Shown here: piece after piece, positions 9,670 through 19,895 of the stretch | How the letters are laid out: each line of letters begins with the position of its first letter | Numbering within the stretch: the first letter of the stretch is position 1 | DNA from: Methanocellales archaeon | GTDB taxonomy: Archaea; Halobacteriota; UBA148 | Direction of reading: 5' to 3' | DNA: 56,130 nucleotides | Assembly: GCA_030019435.1 (NCBI GenBank) | Contig: JASEEV010000006.1 | Location: 1-56,130, forward strand | Position numbers and translations under genes: made by a program | The notes under the pieces: generated by a model | The model's input: the letters and a program-made list of their open reading frames with translations, nothing else | Databases searched by the model: none | Told to the model about the DNA's origin: nothing

Positions 9670-9908
9670 TCACCTCTTTTTTCTTCGCTTGGTTGCTCCA
9701 GCATGGGTGATCAACCACACATGTTCGTTGAGGGATATCGACCAATCCTCCACGACAATTTTCTTTTGGTCTTCGAGCAGTCATCTCCATGCTCTAGTAT
9801 CTCAACTACATCGTGTAGGTCGAGTTTGAGATCACCCAGCTCGTGGTATGCGGTCAGCGAGGGGAGAACGAGCCGTCCTCGCCATTTCGGATAGACCTCA
9901 AACTTCAT
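9670..9908 (-). pseudogene. Putative toxin (DUF4258/RelE-like), frameshifted
   Basis: MKFEVYPKW..ELGDLKLDLHDVVEILEHGDDCSKTKRK, then a second frame gives KIVVEDWSISLNEHVWLITHAGATKRRKKR*, ending just before the antitoxin start. Confidence 0.55.
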
Positions 9909-9990
9909 GTGATATCCCCTTATGATATCCCTATATGATATCAATGTATATGTATCTTACGCCTGCTTTAAGAATGGTTGAGATCAGCTC

Positions 9991-10830
9991 TCACTTTTGT
10001 TCTCTCTCCATTTCCCTTTTGTACACTATCGTTCGATACGGAAATGGGATCTCGATGCCCTCTCTGTCGAATCGCTTCTTTATGGACTCACGTATATCGC
10101 AACCAACTTCAAACGCAGTCGACCGATCCTTTAGCCAGAAGGACAATCTGAGATTGACGGCAAAATCACCAAGCTCAGTTACCAGGACCTTTGGCGTCTC
10201 GGTCTTCATCACACCCTTGTGCCTCATTGCCTCTTCTATCATGATCTCCCTTGCCTTATCAATGTCGGAATCATAACTGATGCCAACGTTGACATACCAC
10301 AGCGTCTTTGGATCTGATATGGAAAAATTGATTATGGCCTCCTCACCGATGACCGCATTAGGGATTATCAACCGTCGATTATCCCATGTCTTTATCACAG
10401 TATGCCTCAGAGTGATATCCTCGATCTTGCCATGCTCATCCCGCACCGTCACGTAGTCGCCAACCCTGAAGGGTTGAAAGATCGCAAGGAATATTCCAGA
10501 AACGATATTCGAGAACGCGTTTTGGGCTGCCAAACCGAGTACGATAGCTGCGAAACCAGCGCCTGCGACCAAGGATATCGTAAGCTTCTCAAGCCCAGGA
10601 ATTATCGAGATCAAGACTATGATGCCGATCACGTAGATGAGCGCAACGACAAGCCGTCTGAATACCACATATGTGGTCTCGCTGACCTTTAGCCGACGGC
10701 TTACTCCCTTGAAATATTGTCTCAGGAAAACACCAACGATCCTTGCAACTATCCCAGTCGCAACTAAGATGATAATTGCGAGTACTACGATCTCCATTGG
10801 ACTATTTGGATTCAAAAGCGACATGATCAA
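9991..10830 (-). CDS. mscS: Small-conductance mechanosensitive channel
   Basis: GLAAQNAFSNIVSG..PFRVGD..GKIEDITLRHT..IPN..GIEIPFP. Confidence 0.93.
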   Translation of the reverse strand: MIMSLLNPNSPMEIVVLAIIILVATGIVARIVGVFLRQYFKGVSRRLKVSETTYVVFRRLVVALIYVIGIIVLISIIPGLEKLTISLVAGAGFAAIVLGLAAQNAFSNIVSGIFLAIFQPFRVGDYVTVRDEHGKIEDITLRHTVIKTWDNRRLIIPNAVIGEEAIINFSISDPKTLWYVNVGISYDSDIDKAREIMIEEAMRHKGVMKTETPKVLVTELGDFAVNLRLSFWLKDRSTAFEVGCDIRESIKKRFDREGIEIPFPYRTIVYKREMEREQK

Positions 10831-10864
10831 GTATTCTCCAGAGCCAGTTTAATTTTTTCGGTTA

Positions 10865-12622
10865 TCACAGCTCCTGATAATAATACTCGCCTTTTGCCTT
10901 TTGCTCCCTGTCCAGCTTCGATCCAAGTTTGTTTACCCTCGGTCTCTTGCTTTCTTCGTCTCGCCTAAATGTGATCTCCACCTTCTTTAGGAAGCAATTC
11001 ATGCCTTCGCGCATTTCAAAGGGACCGAGGGCATTTCCTTTCACGCTAGGTTCGCCCTCAAAGACCATCAACCTATCGCTGAGCAGATCGATCATGTAGA
11101 TGTCATGATCCACTATCATCACGCTGACGTCATTGTTCTCTGCAAATCGACGTATCATCTTGGTCGCCAACGCTCGTTGCTCGACATCTAAGTGCGCACT
11201 TGGCTCGTCCAAGATGTATAGATCCGCCTCCCTGCTCAAACATGCTGCTATTGCCACCCTCTGTAATTCTCCACCGCTTAGATCTGCCATATTCTGATCC
11301 AATAAACGCTCAAGTTGTAGCGGTCTGACGATCTCCGTATTATAGTAGCTGGAGCCGAACCGCTCTGTTATTGAGCGGAGGAATTTGTCGACTCTTATGT
11401 CTCGCTCTCTTTTGATGTACTGTGGCTTGTACGATATCTTTAGGTCCAGGTCTATGCTGCCAACATCTGGTTTGATCAATCCAGCAAGTATTTTAGCGAA
11501 TGTGGTCTTACCAATGGCATTTGGACCTACGATGCCCATGACCTCACCTCTTCGAACCTCCCCTCCCTCTATATCTAGTGTGAACTCGGGATATCTCTTC
11601 ATGAACCCATCAAATTGTGCAAGGACGAAAATCTCCTTTTGTGCCCTTGGTGCATGGACCTCAAATTTGATCTCTTCGGGGCGAATCCTAATATTTTCCT
11701 CTGGTAAAAATCCTCGCAGGTACTCATTGATGCCCACCCTAACTCCTTTTGGATGTGCAATGACACCATATCCTCCAGGAGCTCCATATGCTATATGCAC
11801 CGCATCAGCTAGTAGGTCCAAAATGGCCAGATCATGCTCAACGATCACTACTGTACTCTCCTTGGAGATCTCTCGAATCAGCTTGGCCGCTTTGATGCGC
11901 TGGTGTATGTCCAAGTAAGGTGTGATCTCATCAAAGAAGTAGAAATCCGCATCCTTGCTTATGCACATCGCGATGGCAACCCTCTGCAGTTCTCCTCCGC
12001 TGAGGTCAGCAACCCTCCTGTCTAGTATGTGATCGATGTCCAGCCTAGATGCCAACTCGTTTACCTCTCGCTCATCTGGGAACAACTCATGGACATCGCC
12101 ACCCATACTTGCAATCAGATCGATGTGCTGTGGTTTTTGCGCAACTCGAATCTCGCCTCTGGAAATCCTTCGCATGTATTCTTGTAGTTCTGATCCTCTG
12201 TAGTGGGAGATGATCTCATCCCATGGGGGATTCTCCCCTCCCAAATTTGGTTTTAGATCCCCAGCTAATATCCGTATGGCAGTGGTTTTTCCGATCCCAT
12301 TTTGACCTAATATGCCGGTGACCCTCCCCTCTTGTGGTATGGGTAGCCCATATAGGGCGAAACCATTTGCTCCATATCTATGCGTTTCCCTTTCCCTAAG
12401 CTCCTCTGACAGTTGGATGATCATGATTGCATCGAACGGACACTTCTTGATGCATATGCCACATCCAACGCACAGTTCCTCGGAAATCACTGGTTTTCTG
12501 TCATTGCCTATGATTACGGTCTCATCCCCCGTCCGCACCTTGGGGCAAAATCTCTGACATTCGTAGGTGCATTTTCGAGGTTGACATCGATCTTTGTCTA
12601 TAATTGCAATTCTCATGGACAT
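10865..12622 (-). CDS. Ribosome recycling ATPase ABCE1 (Rli1)
   Basis: N-terminal Fe-S domain (DRCQPRKC..CQRFCP, CVGCGICIKKCP), two ABC cassettes with LSGGELQR, C-terminal RPRVNK..GEYYY. Start at 12622 or 12616. Confidence 0.97.
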   Translation of the reverse strand: MSMRIAIIDKDRCQPRKCTYECQRFCPKVRTGDETVIIGNDRKPVISEELCVGCGICIKKCPFDAIMIIQLSEELRERETHRYGANGFALYGLPIPQEGRVTGILGQNGIGKTTAIRILAGDLKPNLGGENPPWDEIISHYRGSELQEYMRRISRGEIRVAQKPQHIDLIASMGGDVHELFPDEREVNELASRLDIDHILDRRVADLSGGELQRVAIAMCISKDADFYFFDEITPYLDIHQRIKAAKLIREISKESTVVIVEHDLAILDLLADAVHIAYGAPGGYGVIAHPKGVRVGINEYLRGFLPEENIRIRPEEIKFEVHAPRAQKEIFVLAQFDGFMKRYPEFTLDIEGGEVRRGEVMGIVGPNAIGKTTFAKILAGLIKPDVGSIDLDLKISYKPQYIKRERDIRVDKFLRSITERFGSSYYNTEIVRPLQLERLLDQNMADLSGGELQRVAIAACLSREADLYILDEPSAHLDVEQRALATKMIRRFAENNDVSVMIVDHDIYMIDLLSDRLMVFEGEPSVKGNALGPFEMREGMNCFLKKVEITFRRDEESKRPRVNKLGSKLDREQKAKGEYYYQEL

Positions 12623-12630
12623 CCCAAGAA

Positions 12631-12948
12631 TCAGTTTAGCAGGAGGGTCCAGCTTACCAACCAAAATGATAAGGTCATAAATCCTATATAGAGCCAATCC
12701 TTTGCCTTAAGCTCCCCAGTCACGTTAATCGACGGATAGATGTACTTTTGGACCAATATCGCAAAAACTAGGACGGTAAACCCAAACCCAGCTCTAGCCT
12801 GCGCTTCACCAGCCAGATAAAATGATGTGATGCCGGCAATAATTCCGAAGATGCCTGATACGACCGTTTTCTTGATGCCATCGATATGTTCTTTCTTTCT
12901 CTCTTCTTCGGTCTTCTCTGGTATTTTTGGAAAATCTGCTTTGCTCAC
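12631..12948 (-). CDS. EMC6-like small membrane protein
   Basis: HIDGIKKT..3 TM..KDWLYIGFMTLSFWLVSWTLLLN; archaeal family typically found upstream of ABCE1. Confidence 0.75.
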   Translation of the reverse strand: MSKADFPKIPEKTEEERKKEHIDGIKKTVVSGIFGIIAGITSFYLAGEAQARAGFGFTVLVFAILVQKYIYPSINVTGELKAKDWLYIGFMTLSFWLVSWTLLLN

Positions 12949-13023
12949 GCTGGACCTCCATCTATGTTGCTAAGACTTATGTTAACTTTTACGCTTATAT
13001 AATGTGTCCATAATTGAGGCACC

Positions 13024-14952
13024 ATGAAAGACAAAATGACGAGCGTGGATGTAGCAGTTGCTGCAGCAGAGCTGCAGATGCTGGTCGACGCAAAATTGGA
13101 CAAGGCATATCAATACGAAGATGAGATTCGGCTAAAGGCGTACGTCGCTAGGGAGCGCCATGACTTATTGATAGAGGCTGGTAAGCGGATACACCTGACC
13201 AAATATCCACGCCCCAGTCCGAGGATCGCGCCAAGCTACTCAATGTTACTCAGAAAGCACTTGATGGGCGGGCGAATCACATCGATAGAGCAGTATGATT
13301 TCGACCGAATCATCGAAATACATGTCCAACGAGGTGACATGAAAAGAATACTCATAGCAGAGTTGCTTCCCAGGGGCAATATAATACTGCTAAGCGAGGA
13401 TCGGAAGATCATACTACCCCTGAGGACGATGAGTTTACGCGATAGGAAGGTTCGGCGAGGTGAGCAATATACGTTTCCACCACCCCAGAAGAATCCGATC
13501 GATATAACGGAAAGCGAGCTGCAAGCTTTGTTTGAGGGATCTGATAAAAGTGTGGTCAGGATGCTTGCATCTAGGCTAAACATGGGAGGGCTCTATGCAG
13601 AGGAAGTGTGCATTAGGGCAAAAGTGGACAAAAATACGCCAGCTAGAGGTCTCTCATGCGCTCAACTGGGGGCAATTTACAATGCGCTACGCGAATTATT
13701 TGAGCCGATCCCCTCTGGCAAATTAAGTCCACACATAGTCCTTGCAAACGGAGAAGAAGTCGATGTACTCCCATTTGAGTTGTGCAGGTATGAGGGACAT
13801 GAGAAAGTATACTTTGGCTCTTTTAATGAAGCGTTGGATGAGTTCTTTTCTCGAAAGGCGATCCAAGAGGCCAAGCAAATCAAAGATGAGAAATTGTGCA
13901 CGTTGGAGCGAATGTTATATCAGCAAGAGCATGCGATCGAAAAATTCAAACGAGAAGAGAAGGAGTGCATAAAAAAAGCCGAAGCGATCTATGCCCAATA
14001 CCAATACATAGAGAGAATTTTTAAGCTCATTCACGATGCCAGAGAACAAGGTCCCTCTTGGAAAGAGGTCAAGGCTACAATAGAGGAGGTCGATGAGAGC
14101 GCTGGCATTCTGACGATCAGGTTGGATGGGATGCGCATCGATCTGGACATGAAACTGGGCATCCCGCAAAATGCCCAAAGATACTATCAGCGAGCTAAGA
14201 GAATCAGAAAAAAGCTTGAAGGTGCTCAAAGAGCGTTAGAGCAAACAAAAAAGGAGATTGAGCAAGCAAGAGCACGTGAAATCGAGCCCGAGCATGCACC
14301 TCAGCGAAGAATTCGCCAGAGAAAACACTGGTATGACCGATTTAGGCATTTCATATCTTCAGATGGATTTCTCGTCATCGGAGGACGAGACGCTAGCATG
14401 AATGAGGAGATCGTCAAAAAGCATATGGAAGCCAGCGACATATTCTTCCATACGCAAGCACGTGGCGCACCTGCTGTCATCATCAAGGCAGAACGCAAGA
14501 AGGTTCCTAGCTCGACGCTCGTAGAAGCAACTCAATTCGCCATCTCTTATTCTAGCGTCTGGAGAGCTGGACACTATGAGGGAGACTGTTACTGGGTTCA
14601 TCCAGAACAGGTTTCAAAGTCCACTAGAGCAGGGGAATATCTGCCAAAAGGAAGTTTTGTCATCAAGGGAAAAAGAAACTATCTCAAAGCACCGGTTGGA
14701 ATAGCGATTGGCATCGAGATAAATGATGAGACAAGGGTGATAGGCGGGCCTCCTAGTGCAATCAAGCAGAGGGCGAAGTACATCATAGAAATAGAGCCAG
14801 GGGAAAAGACGCAAAATCAGGTTGCGAAGGAGATATCAAAGATATTTTTGCAAGAGGCAGATGACGCAGATCAACTGCTAATCAAATCCATAGCATCCCC
14901 TGATTGCATCTCGAAATTCCTCCCTCCAGGAAACTCGAGGATCAAGATTTAG
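13024..14952 (+). CDS. rqcH: Ribosome quality control factor Rqc2/NEMF (NFACT)
   Basis: MTSVDV, SMLLRKHL, FDRII, GNIIL, NAQRYY, WYDRFRHFISSDGFLVIGGRDA, GEYLPKGSFVIKG. Confidence 0.95.
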   Translation: MKDKMTSVDVAVAAAELQMLVDAKLDKAYQYEDEIRLKAYVARERHDLLIEAGKRIHLTKYPRPSPRIAPSYSMLLRKHLMGGRITSIEQYDFDRIIEIHVQRGDMKRILIAELLPRGNIILLSEDRKIILPLRTMSLRDRKVRRGEQYTFPPPQKNPIDITESELQALFEGSDKSVVRMLASRLNMGGLYAEEVCIRAKVDKNTPARGLSCAQLGAIYNALRELFEPIPSGKLSPHIVLANGEEVDVLPFELCRYEGHEKVYFGSFNEALDEFFSRKAIQEAKQIKDEKLCTLERMLYQQEHAIEKFKREEKECIKKAEAIYAQYQYIERIFKLIHDAREQGPSWKEVKATIEEVDESAGILTIRLDGMRIDLDMKLGIPQNAQRYYQRAKRIRKKLEGAQRALEQTKKEIEQARAREIEPEHAPQRRIRQRKHWYDRFRHFISSDGFLVIGGRDASMNEEIVKKHMEASDIFFHTQARGAPAVIIKAERKKVPSSTLVEATQFAISYSSVWRAGHYEGDCYWVHPEQVSKSTRAGEYLPKGSFVIKGKRNYLKAPVGIAIGIEINDETRVIGGPPSAIKQRAKYIIEIEPGEKTQNQVAKEISKIFLQEADDADQLLIKSIASPDCISKFLPPGNSRIKI

Positions 14953-14959
14953 GTGGTGC

Positions 14960-16129
14960 ATGAAAAAAAGGTTCTTACAGGGAGTCAGCATCAATGTCAT
15001 CATATTGGGCATAGTCAGCTTTCTAGGAGATACGAGCAGTGAAATGATCATGCCCCTCCTCCCGATGTTCATAGTTGCCCTTGGTGGTGCTGGGCTGATC
15101 GTTGGTTTGATTGGTGGCTTGGGAGATAGCATAGCGAGCATACTAACGGTGTTTTCCGGCTATTGGTCTGATAAATTTGGAAAAAGAAAGCCATTTGTCT
15201 TTTCTGGTTATGCGATATCTGCCACATCAAAAATGCTCCTTGCATTCTCTCTCATATGGCAACATGTCTTTGTACTTAGGTCTTTAGAAAGAGCTGGTAA
15301 GGGGCTGAGAACAGCGCCAAGAGATGCAATCATTGCAGATTCAGCCCTAGCAAGGGGCAAGGCATTTGGCATCCATAGAGCCATGGATACAGGTGGCGCA
15401 ATTCTCGGTTCTATACTTGCTTTTGCTCTCTTCTGGTTTTTTAATCTTGACTTTAGGACGATATTCCTCATCGCCGCTGCTATAGCATTTCTTGCCCTCG
15501 CTCCGCTCCTGTTTGTAAAAGAACGAAAAAGGGAAGGGGGCATACAATCTATGAAGATCAGTTTCAAAGAATTGCCGAGATCGTTCCGTTTGTTTGTCAT
15601 CATAGCCATGATATTTGCACTCGGCAACTTCTCATACATGTTTTTCATATTAAGGGCACAACAATTTTTCCAGGCAAGAATGTCGGTAGCTCTGCCCATT
15701 CTTTTGTACGTATGGTTCAACATCATCTACACGACATTTTCGATCCCAAGCGGTGCACTCTCCGATAGGGTTGGGAGAAAAAACGTTCTTACTCTGGGCT
15801 ACTCATTATTTGGAGTGACTTGTATGGGCTTTGCCCTATCACCATCGTTGCTTTCGCTCATCGCTCTCTTTGGGCTCTACGGTCTGGTCTACGCATTAGT
15901 TGATGGAAACCAGCGAGCCTTTGCATCGGATTTTGTCGCAGAAGAGTTGAGGGGAACTGCATTGGGTACGTTTCACGCAGCCATCGGTCTAGCAACCTTG
16001 CCAGCTTCTTTGATCGCAGGCTTGTTATGGGATTTTGTCGGGTCAACAGCACCGTTTTACTATGGCTGTGTTTTATCCCTTGTGAGCACTGGCCTGTTCG
16101 TCGTATTCGTCAAGGGAAGTCAGTCCTAA
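14960..16129 (+). CDS. MFS transporter
   Basis: SGYWSDKFGKRKP, GKGLRTAPRDA, LSDRVGRK; about 12 TM helices. Confidence 0.93.
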   Translation: MKKRFLQGVSINVIILGIVSFLGDTSSEMIMPLLPMFIVALGGAGLIVGLIGGLGDSIASILTVFSGYWSDKFGKRKPFVFSGYAISATSKMLLAFSLIWQHVFVLRSLERAGKGLRTAPRDAIIADSALARGKAFGIHRAMDTGGAILGSILAFALFWFFNLDFRTIFLIAAAIAFLALAPLLFVKERKREGGIQSMKISFKELPRSFRLFVIIAMIFALGNFSYMFFILRAQQFFQARMSVALPILLYVWFNIIYTTFSIPSGALSDRVGRKNVLTLGYSLFGVTCMGFALSPSLLSLIALFGLYGLVYALVDGNQRAFASDFVAEELRGTALGTFHAAIGLATLPASLIAGLLWDFVGSTAPFYYGCVLSLVSTGLFVVFVKGSQS

Positions 16130-16461
16130 CCATGCGCAGGGACTTTCTCAGCTTCTACTTCTTTTAGCTCTTCTCGATTCTGCAGCTCGATCTCGATCTC
16201 AGCCATCTCGAGCTGGAACTTCTTGAGCGCTTTCAACGCAGGGGAGTCCATGTTCACCGTATATAAAATCGTTTTTCCGATCTGGTATGTCGGCTTGACG
16301 ATCTGGTAGCGCTCCAAAACATCCCAGAACTTATACAGCGTTGCGCGTCCGATCTCTGCACAATCCGCAATCTCGGTCTTGGTGTATTGTATGCGCGGGT
16401 GTGTGATCAAGAGATCGATCACTTTTACCTGTGGATATTCACCAAATATTTCCGTCAGCAT
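16126..16461 (-). CDS. Winged-helix/HTH DNA-binding protein
   Basis: IFGEYPQVKVIDLL..YTKTEIADCAEIGRATLYK HTH pattern. Confidence 0.8.
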   Translation of the reverse strand: MLTEIFGEYPQVKVIDLLITHPRIQYTKTEIADCAEIGRATLYKFWDVLERYQIVKPTYQIGKTILYTVNMDSPALKALKKFQLEMAEIEIELQNREELKEVEAEKVPAHG

Positions 16462-16565
16462 TTTACATCGTGTATTTGTTTAAAACGTGCTTGTATAAAT
16501 AAGTTACGTCGTTATCTTCTACGATGGAAAAGTATAAATTCTAGGCAATCCACAGAGATACAAGC

Positions 16566-16817
16566 ATGTACACTGATATAGAAAAAGCGATTCTTGATAA
16601 ATTGCTTTCGCATGGTTATGTCGGCAGGAAGCACACACCAGAAGACAACATTCCAAAGGGCTTCCCAAAGCATATGTACGAAGAGGTCAGAAAGGCGCTA
16701 AAAAGCCTTGTGCGAGAGGGATTGGTCCTTCAGCATCCAACCGCTCATGGAATGGACGTCGCGCTTAACAAAGAGCGGACAAGTGAAATCAAGGAGATAC
16801 TAGGGGTTGACTGGTGA
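16566..16817 (+). CDS. Small hypothetical winged-helix-like protein
   Basis: 83 aa; GRKHTPEDNIPKGFP..VRKALKSLVREGLV; divergent from the HTH gene. Confidence 0.7.
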   Translation: MYTDIEKAILDKLLSHGYVGRKHTPEDNIPKGFPKHMYEEVRKALKSLVREGLVLQHPTAHGMDVALNKERTSEIKEILGVDW

Positions 16818-16890
16818 AACTAGCACTCATTTTTCATCACTAAAGATAAATCGATACCATTATCTGCCATTATCACTGAGCTACAGATAT

Positions 16891-17931
16891 ATGAGGGTCA
16901 TCAAACGTCGCTTGAAGAGACGAGAGGGTGAGATCTCTCTCATTCCAGAGTCATTGGACGATCTGTGGCATCTGAAATACGTCATAGAGCCAGGAGACCT
17001 GGTATTTGCATTAACGAAAAGGCGAGTTGAAGCTCCGAAGGATAAAATCCGTCCAGAAAAGGTGGAGAAGAAACCCATGCGATTGGGCATATCCGTCATG
17101 GAGACGGAGTTTCACAAGTTCTCTAACCGCTTAAGAGTGAGGGGCACCATTGAGCAAGGAATAGATCTCGGCTCATATCACACGATCAACGTAGAGCCAA
17201 ACACGAAGATTTCGATCATCAAGTCCTGGAGGAACGATCAGCTCAAGAGGATCAATGAAGCCGTCCGTGCGTCAACTCATCCGAGAGTGGTGATCGTTGC
17301 CATAGAGGAAGGGGAGGCATCCATTGGCATAGTTCGGCAATATGGTGTGGAGGAATCTGCGACCATAAGGTGTTCGTCTGGAAAAGGGGAGGGGGGTCTG
17401 AGAAATGAGTTTTTCGGTGAAGTCACTCATCAACTGGAGTTCGCTGCAAAGGACGCTCAAATGATCATCGCCGGACCCGGCTTTACAAAGGAGGATTTTC
17501 TTGTTTTTCTCAAACAGAACAAGCCTGAGCTGGCAGAAAAAGCCGTGCTGGAGAGCACATCATCCATAGGTATATCTAGTTTTCAAGAAGTTCTTCGGAG
17601 AGGTGCAGTTGATAGAATGGTGAAAGAGGCACATATTACAAAAGAGGCAAAACTCATGGAATCTCTACTAGAGGGGATTGCCAAGGACGGAAAAGCAGCC
17701 TACGGCATGGATGAAGTTCGAAGAGCTTTTAACTACGGTGCGATAGAGACGCTCTTGATAGCGGATGAAACGCTCAGAGAGGCACGAGAAAAGGAAGATA
17801 TTGACCAATTTCTGATGAACGTGGAATCCGCCAAGGGCAAAATCGTGGTGTTTAGCACGGAGTTCGAGCCTGGACAGAGGTTACGCTCCCTCGGGGGCAT
17901 TGCTGCATTGCTAAGGTTCAAGATCGAATGA
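16891..17931 (+). CDS. pelA: Pelota (ribosome rescue/mRNA surveillance)
   Basis: PESLDDLWHL, RLRVRG, GSYHT, AGPGFTK, AAYG, LGGIAALLRF; ATG at 16891. Confidence 0.96.
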   Translation: MRVIKRRLKRREGEISLIPESLDDLWHLKYVIEPGDLVFALTKRRVEAPKDKIRPEKVEKKPMRLGISVMETEFHKFSNRLRVRGTIEQGIDLGSYHTINVEPNTKISIIKSWRNDQLKRINEAVRASTHPRVVIVAIEEGEASIGIVRQYGVEESATIRCSSGKGEGGLRNEFFGEVTHQLEFAAKDAQMIIAGPGFTKEDFLVFLKQNKPELAEKAVLESTSSIGISSFQEVLRRGAVDRMVKEAHITKEAKLMESLLEGIAKDGKAAYGMDEVRRAFNYGAIETLLIADETLREAREKEDIDQFLMNVESAKGKIVVFSTEFEPGQRLRSLGGIAALLRFKIE

Positions 17932-18568
17932 ACCTATATTTTAACATCGTTTTCAAAACGATCAGACCATCGGTGACGGGCCTGAATTTTGTCTCACCTA
18001 AGCGGGGCTGATATATGATCGAGATGTTCTTCATCCTCAGCCCCATCTTAACGGCTTTTGCGCTTATCTCGGTCTCTATTCCGAATCCCTCCTCCTCTAG
18101 CCTCATCTTTTCAATCGCCCTCTCAGACAGCCCTCTAAAGCCCGAGAGATTGTCCACTGCCCTCCCATATATAAGTCTAAAGAGAGACCTGGATATTTTG
18201 TCGCCAAAGCGCAGCGCCCTTGGCAACGCCTTTTTGCCAAATGCGGCTCTATCACCTGTAACGACGTCATAGCCCTCTTTTAGCGCTTCAACGAATTCTG
18301 GAATCTTTTCAAGAGGATACGTCATATCGGGATCGACGTAAATGACATCATCACTTGCGTACTTGAAGGCAGTTATCAGGGCATCGCCTTTGCCTTTACC
18401 ATGATCATATATGACCTCTACGCCTTTCTCCCTTGCAATCTCAACCGTTTTATCAGAGGAGCGGGCATCCACCACGACGATGCGGCAGTCACATAATCTT
18501 TTGATCATGTTGATAGTCTTACCTATGCTCTCCTCCTCGTTTTTAGTTGGAAGAACGATCGTAGTCAT
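17918..18568 (-). CDS. GT2 glycosyltransferase (dolichol-phosphate sugar synthase-like)
   Basis: LPTKNEE, VVVDARSSDKT, GKGDA, DPDMTY, DNLSGFR, FGIETE. Confidence 0.9.
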   Translation of the reverse strand: MTTIVLPTKNEEESIGKTINMIKRLCDCRIVVVDARSSDKTVEIAREKGVEVIYDHGKGKGDALITAFKYASDDVIYVDPDMTYPLEKIPEFVEALKEGYDVVTGDRAAFGKKALPRALRFGDKISRSLFRLIYGRAVDNLSGFRGLSERAIEKMRLEEEGFGIETEISAKAVKMGLRMKNISIIYQPRLGETKFRPVTDGLIVLKTMLKYRFIRS

Positions 18569-18632
18569 ATTCTCACCTATTGTTAGACCTCAGATATAAT
18601 TTTATATGTTGGTTGTGCATTACCCCCAATAT

Positions 18633-18926
18633 ATGAAGGACATTACGCTGACGATCATTGGAGTTATCGTAGGGATATTTCTGGGTGTCGGTGCAGTTAA
18701 GTCTCTCCTAGACATGCTAGCTGGTTCTGCAGAGCTGATATCGATGCTCAGTTCTGGCACTGGCTTGATAATATTGATCGCGATAGCCATATTCTTGATC
18801 ATCAAAATTCGCTTGATAAGTAGTTTGATCAGCGGAGCGATCATCGGCATCGTGCTGAACGTGCTTGCCAGAGCCGTCATAGGAAAAGACATCGCAACCC
18901 TGATACTTTCACAGCTCGGGCTCTGA
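18633..18926 (+). CDS. Small hypothetical membrane protein
   Basis: Three hydrophobic helices; first gene of a tightly coupled operon. Confidence 0.7.
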   Translation: MKDITLTIIGVIVGIFLGVGAVKSLLDMLAGSAELISMLSSGTGLIILIAIAIFLIIKIRLISSLISGAIIGIVLNVLARAVIGKDIATLILSQLGL

Positions 18927-18927
18927 C

Positions 18928-19893
18928 ATGAAGCTAGTTATCATCGTTCCAGTGTCGTTGCATGAGCCGCTTTCTGTGATAGAAAAATCCCTAGGGTCTT
19001 TATCGAGATTGGAGCACGCTTCTATGGAGGTACGCATAACGTATGTCATCGACTCCCTTGGTGATGATCCCCGCGTTAAATACTTGCAAGATCAGCTTGT
19101 CGATGTGATCATCAGAAAGCCTAGGGGAAGGAGGGCTGGTGCGATCAACGATGCGTTGGACAACATCAAAGCTGATTGCATTGCACTTTTTGATGTCGAC
19201 AGTAGGCCAGACGAAAATTTTCTGGTTGAGTGCATCAAGGCTCTGCAAAAAGAAGGTGCTGTCATCGCTTCCGGGCCCAGATATGTTACGAATCCAGATG
19301 CAAGCATGACATCGAGGATCGTCTCAGCTGAATATCTTCTCATAGCAGACCTGTATAGGCTTCTTGATAGAATGGATGGATTTAAGCAGTTTAACGGATT
19401 GATCGGCATTCTCGATGCCAGAATCTTCGATAGGAGAAGATTGGATGAAACTGCGATCTGCGAGGACGTGGATCTTACGCAACAAATCTATCTAGAGGGT
19501 GAGATCGCCGTTCTTGCTAACACACGTGTGGGCGAGCAAGCTCCCACGACGTTAACGGATCTCTTTAACCAGAGGGTCAGGTGGATATCTGGAGCATGTG
19601 AGGGGCTGAAATATTTGCATGAATTCTGCAGAGCAAAAATTCCCCTGAGCAGGAAGATCACATGGTTTTCTGCGATGACGATCCCATTTGTCACGTTCAT
19701 GATCAGCCCACTCGTGCCGTCTTATGGCGTGCGATTATGGCGTTCTTCTGATGGCATAAAGGACTTCGCGATCAAATTGCTCGGGCTGATCGCAGATGCA
19801 TGGCTCATAGAGCTGTGCGCCTTGGTGGCGTTATCCAAAAAATTGCTTCGTGCACAAGTCAAATGGAAAGACATGGCCAGATCCGAGGTGTGA
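18928..19893 (+). CDS. GT2 glycosyltransferase (processive/cellulose-synthase-like)
   Basis: RAGAIN, FDVDS (DxD), ICED, QRVRW (QxxRW-like), C-terminal TM helices. Confidence 0.88.
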   Translation: MKLVIIVPVSLHEPLSVIEKSLGSLSRLEHASMEVRITYVIDSLGDDPRVKYLQDQLVDVIIRKPRGRRAGAINDALDNIKADCIALFDVDSRPDENFLVECIKALQKEGAVIASGPRYVTNPDASMTSRIVSAEYLLIADLYRLLDRMDGFKQFNGLIGILDARIFDRRRLDETAICEDVDLTQQIYLEGEIAVLANTRVGEQAPTTLTDLFNQRVRWISGACEGLKYLHEFCRAKIPLSRKITWFSAMTIPFVTFMISPLVPSYGVRLWRSSDGIKDFAIKLLGLIADAWLIELCALVALSKKLLRAQVKWKDMARSEV

Positions 19894-19895
19894 GA

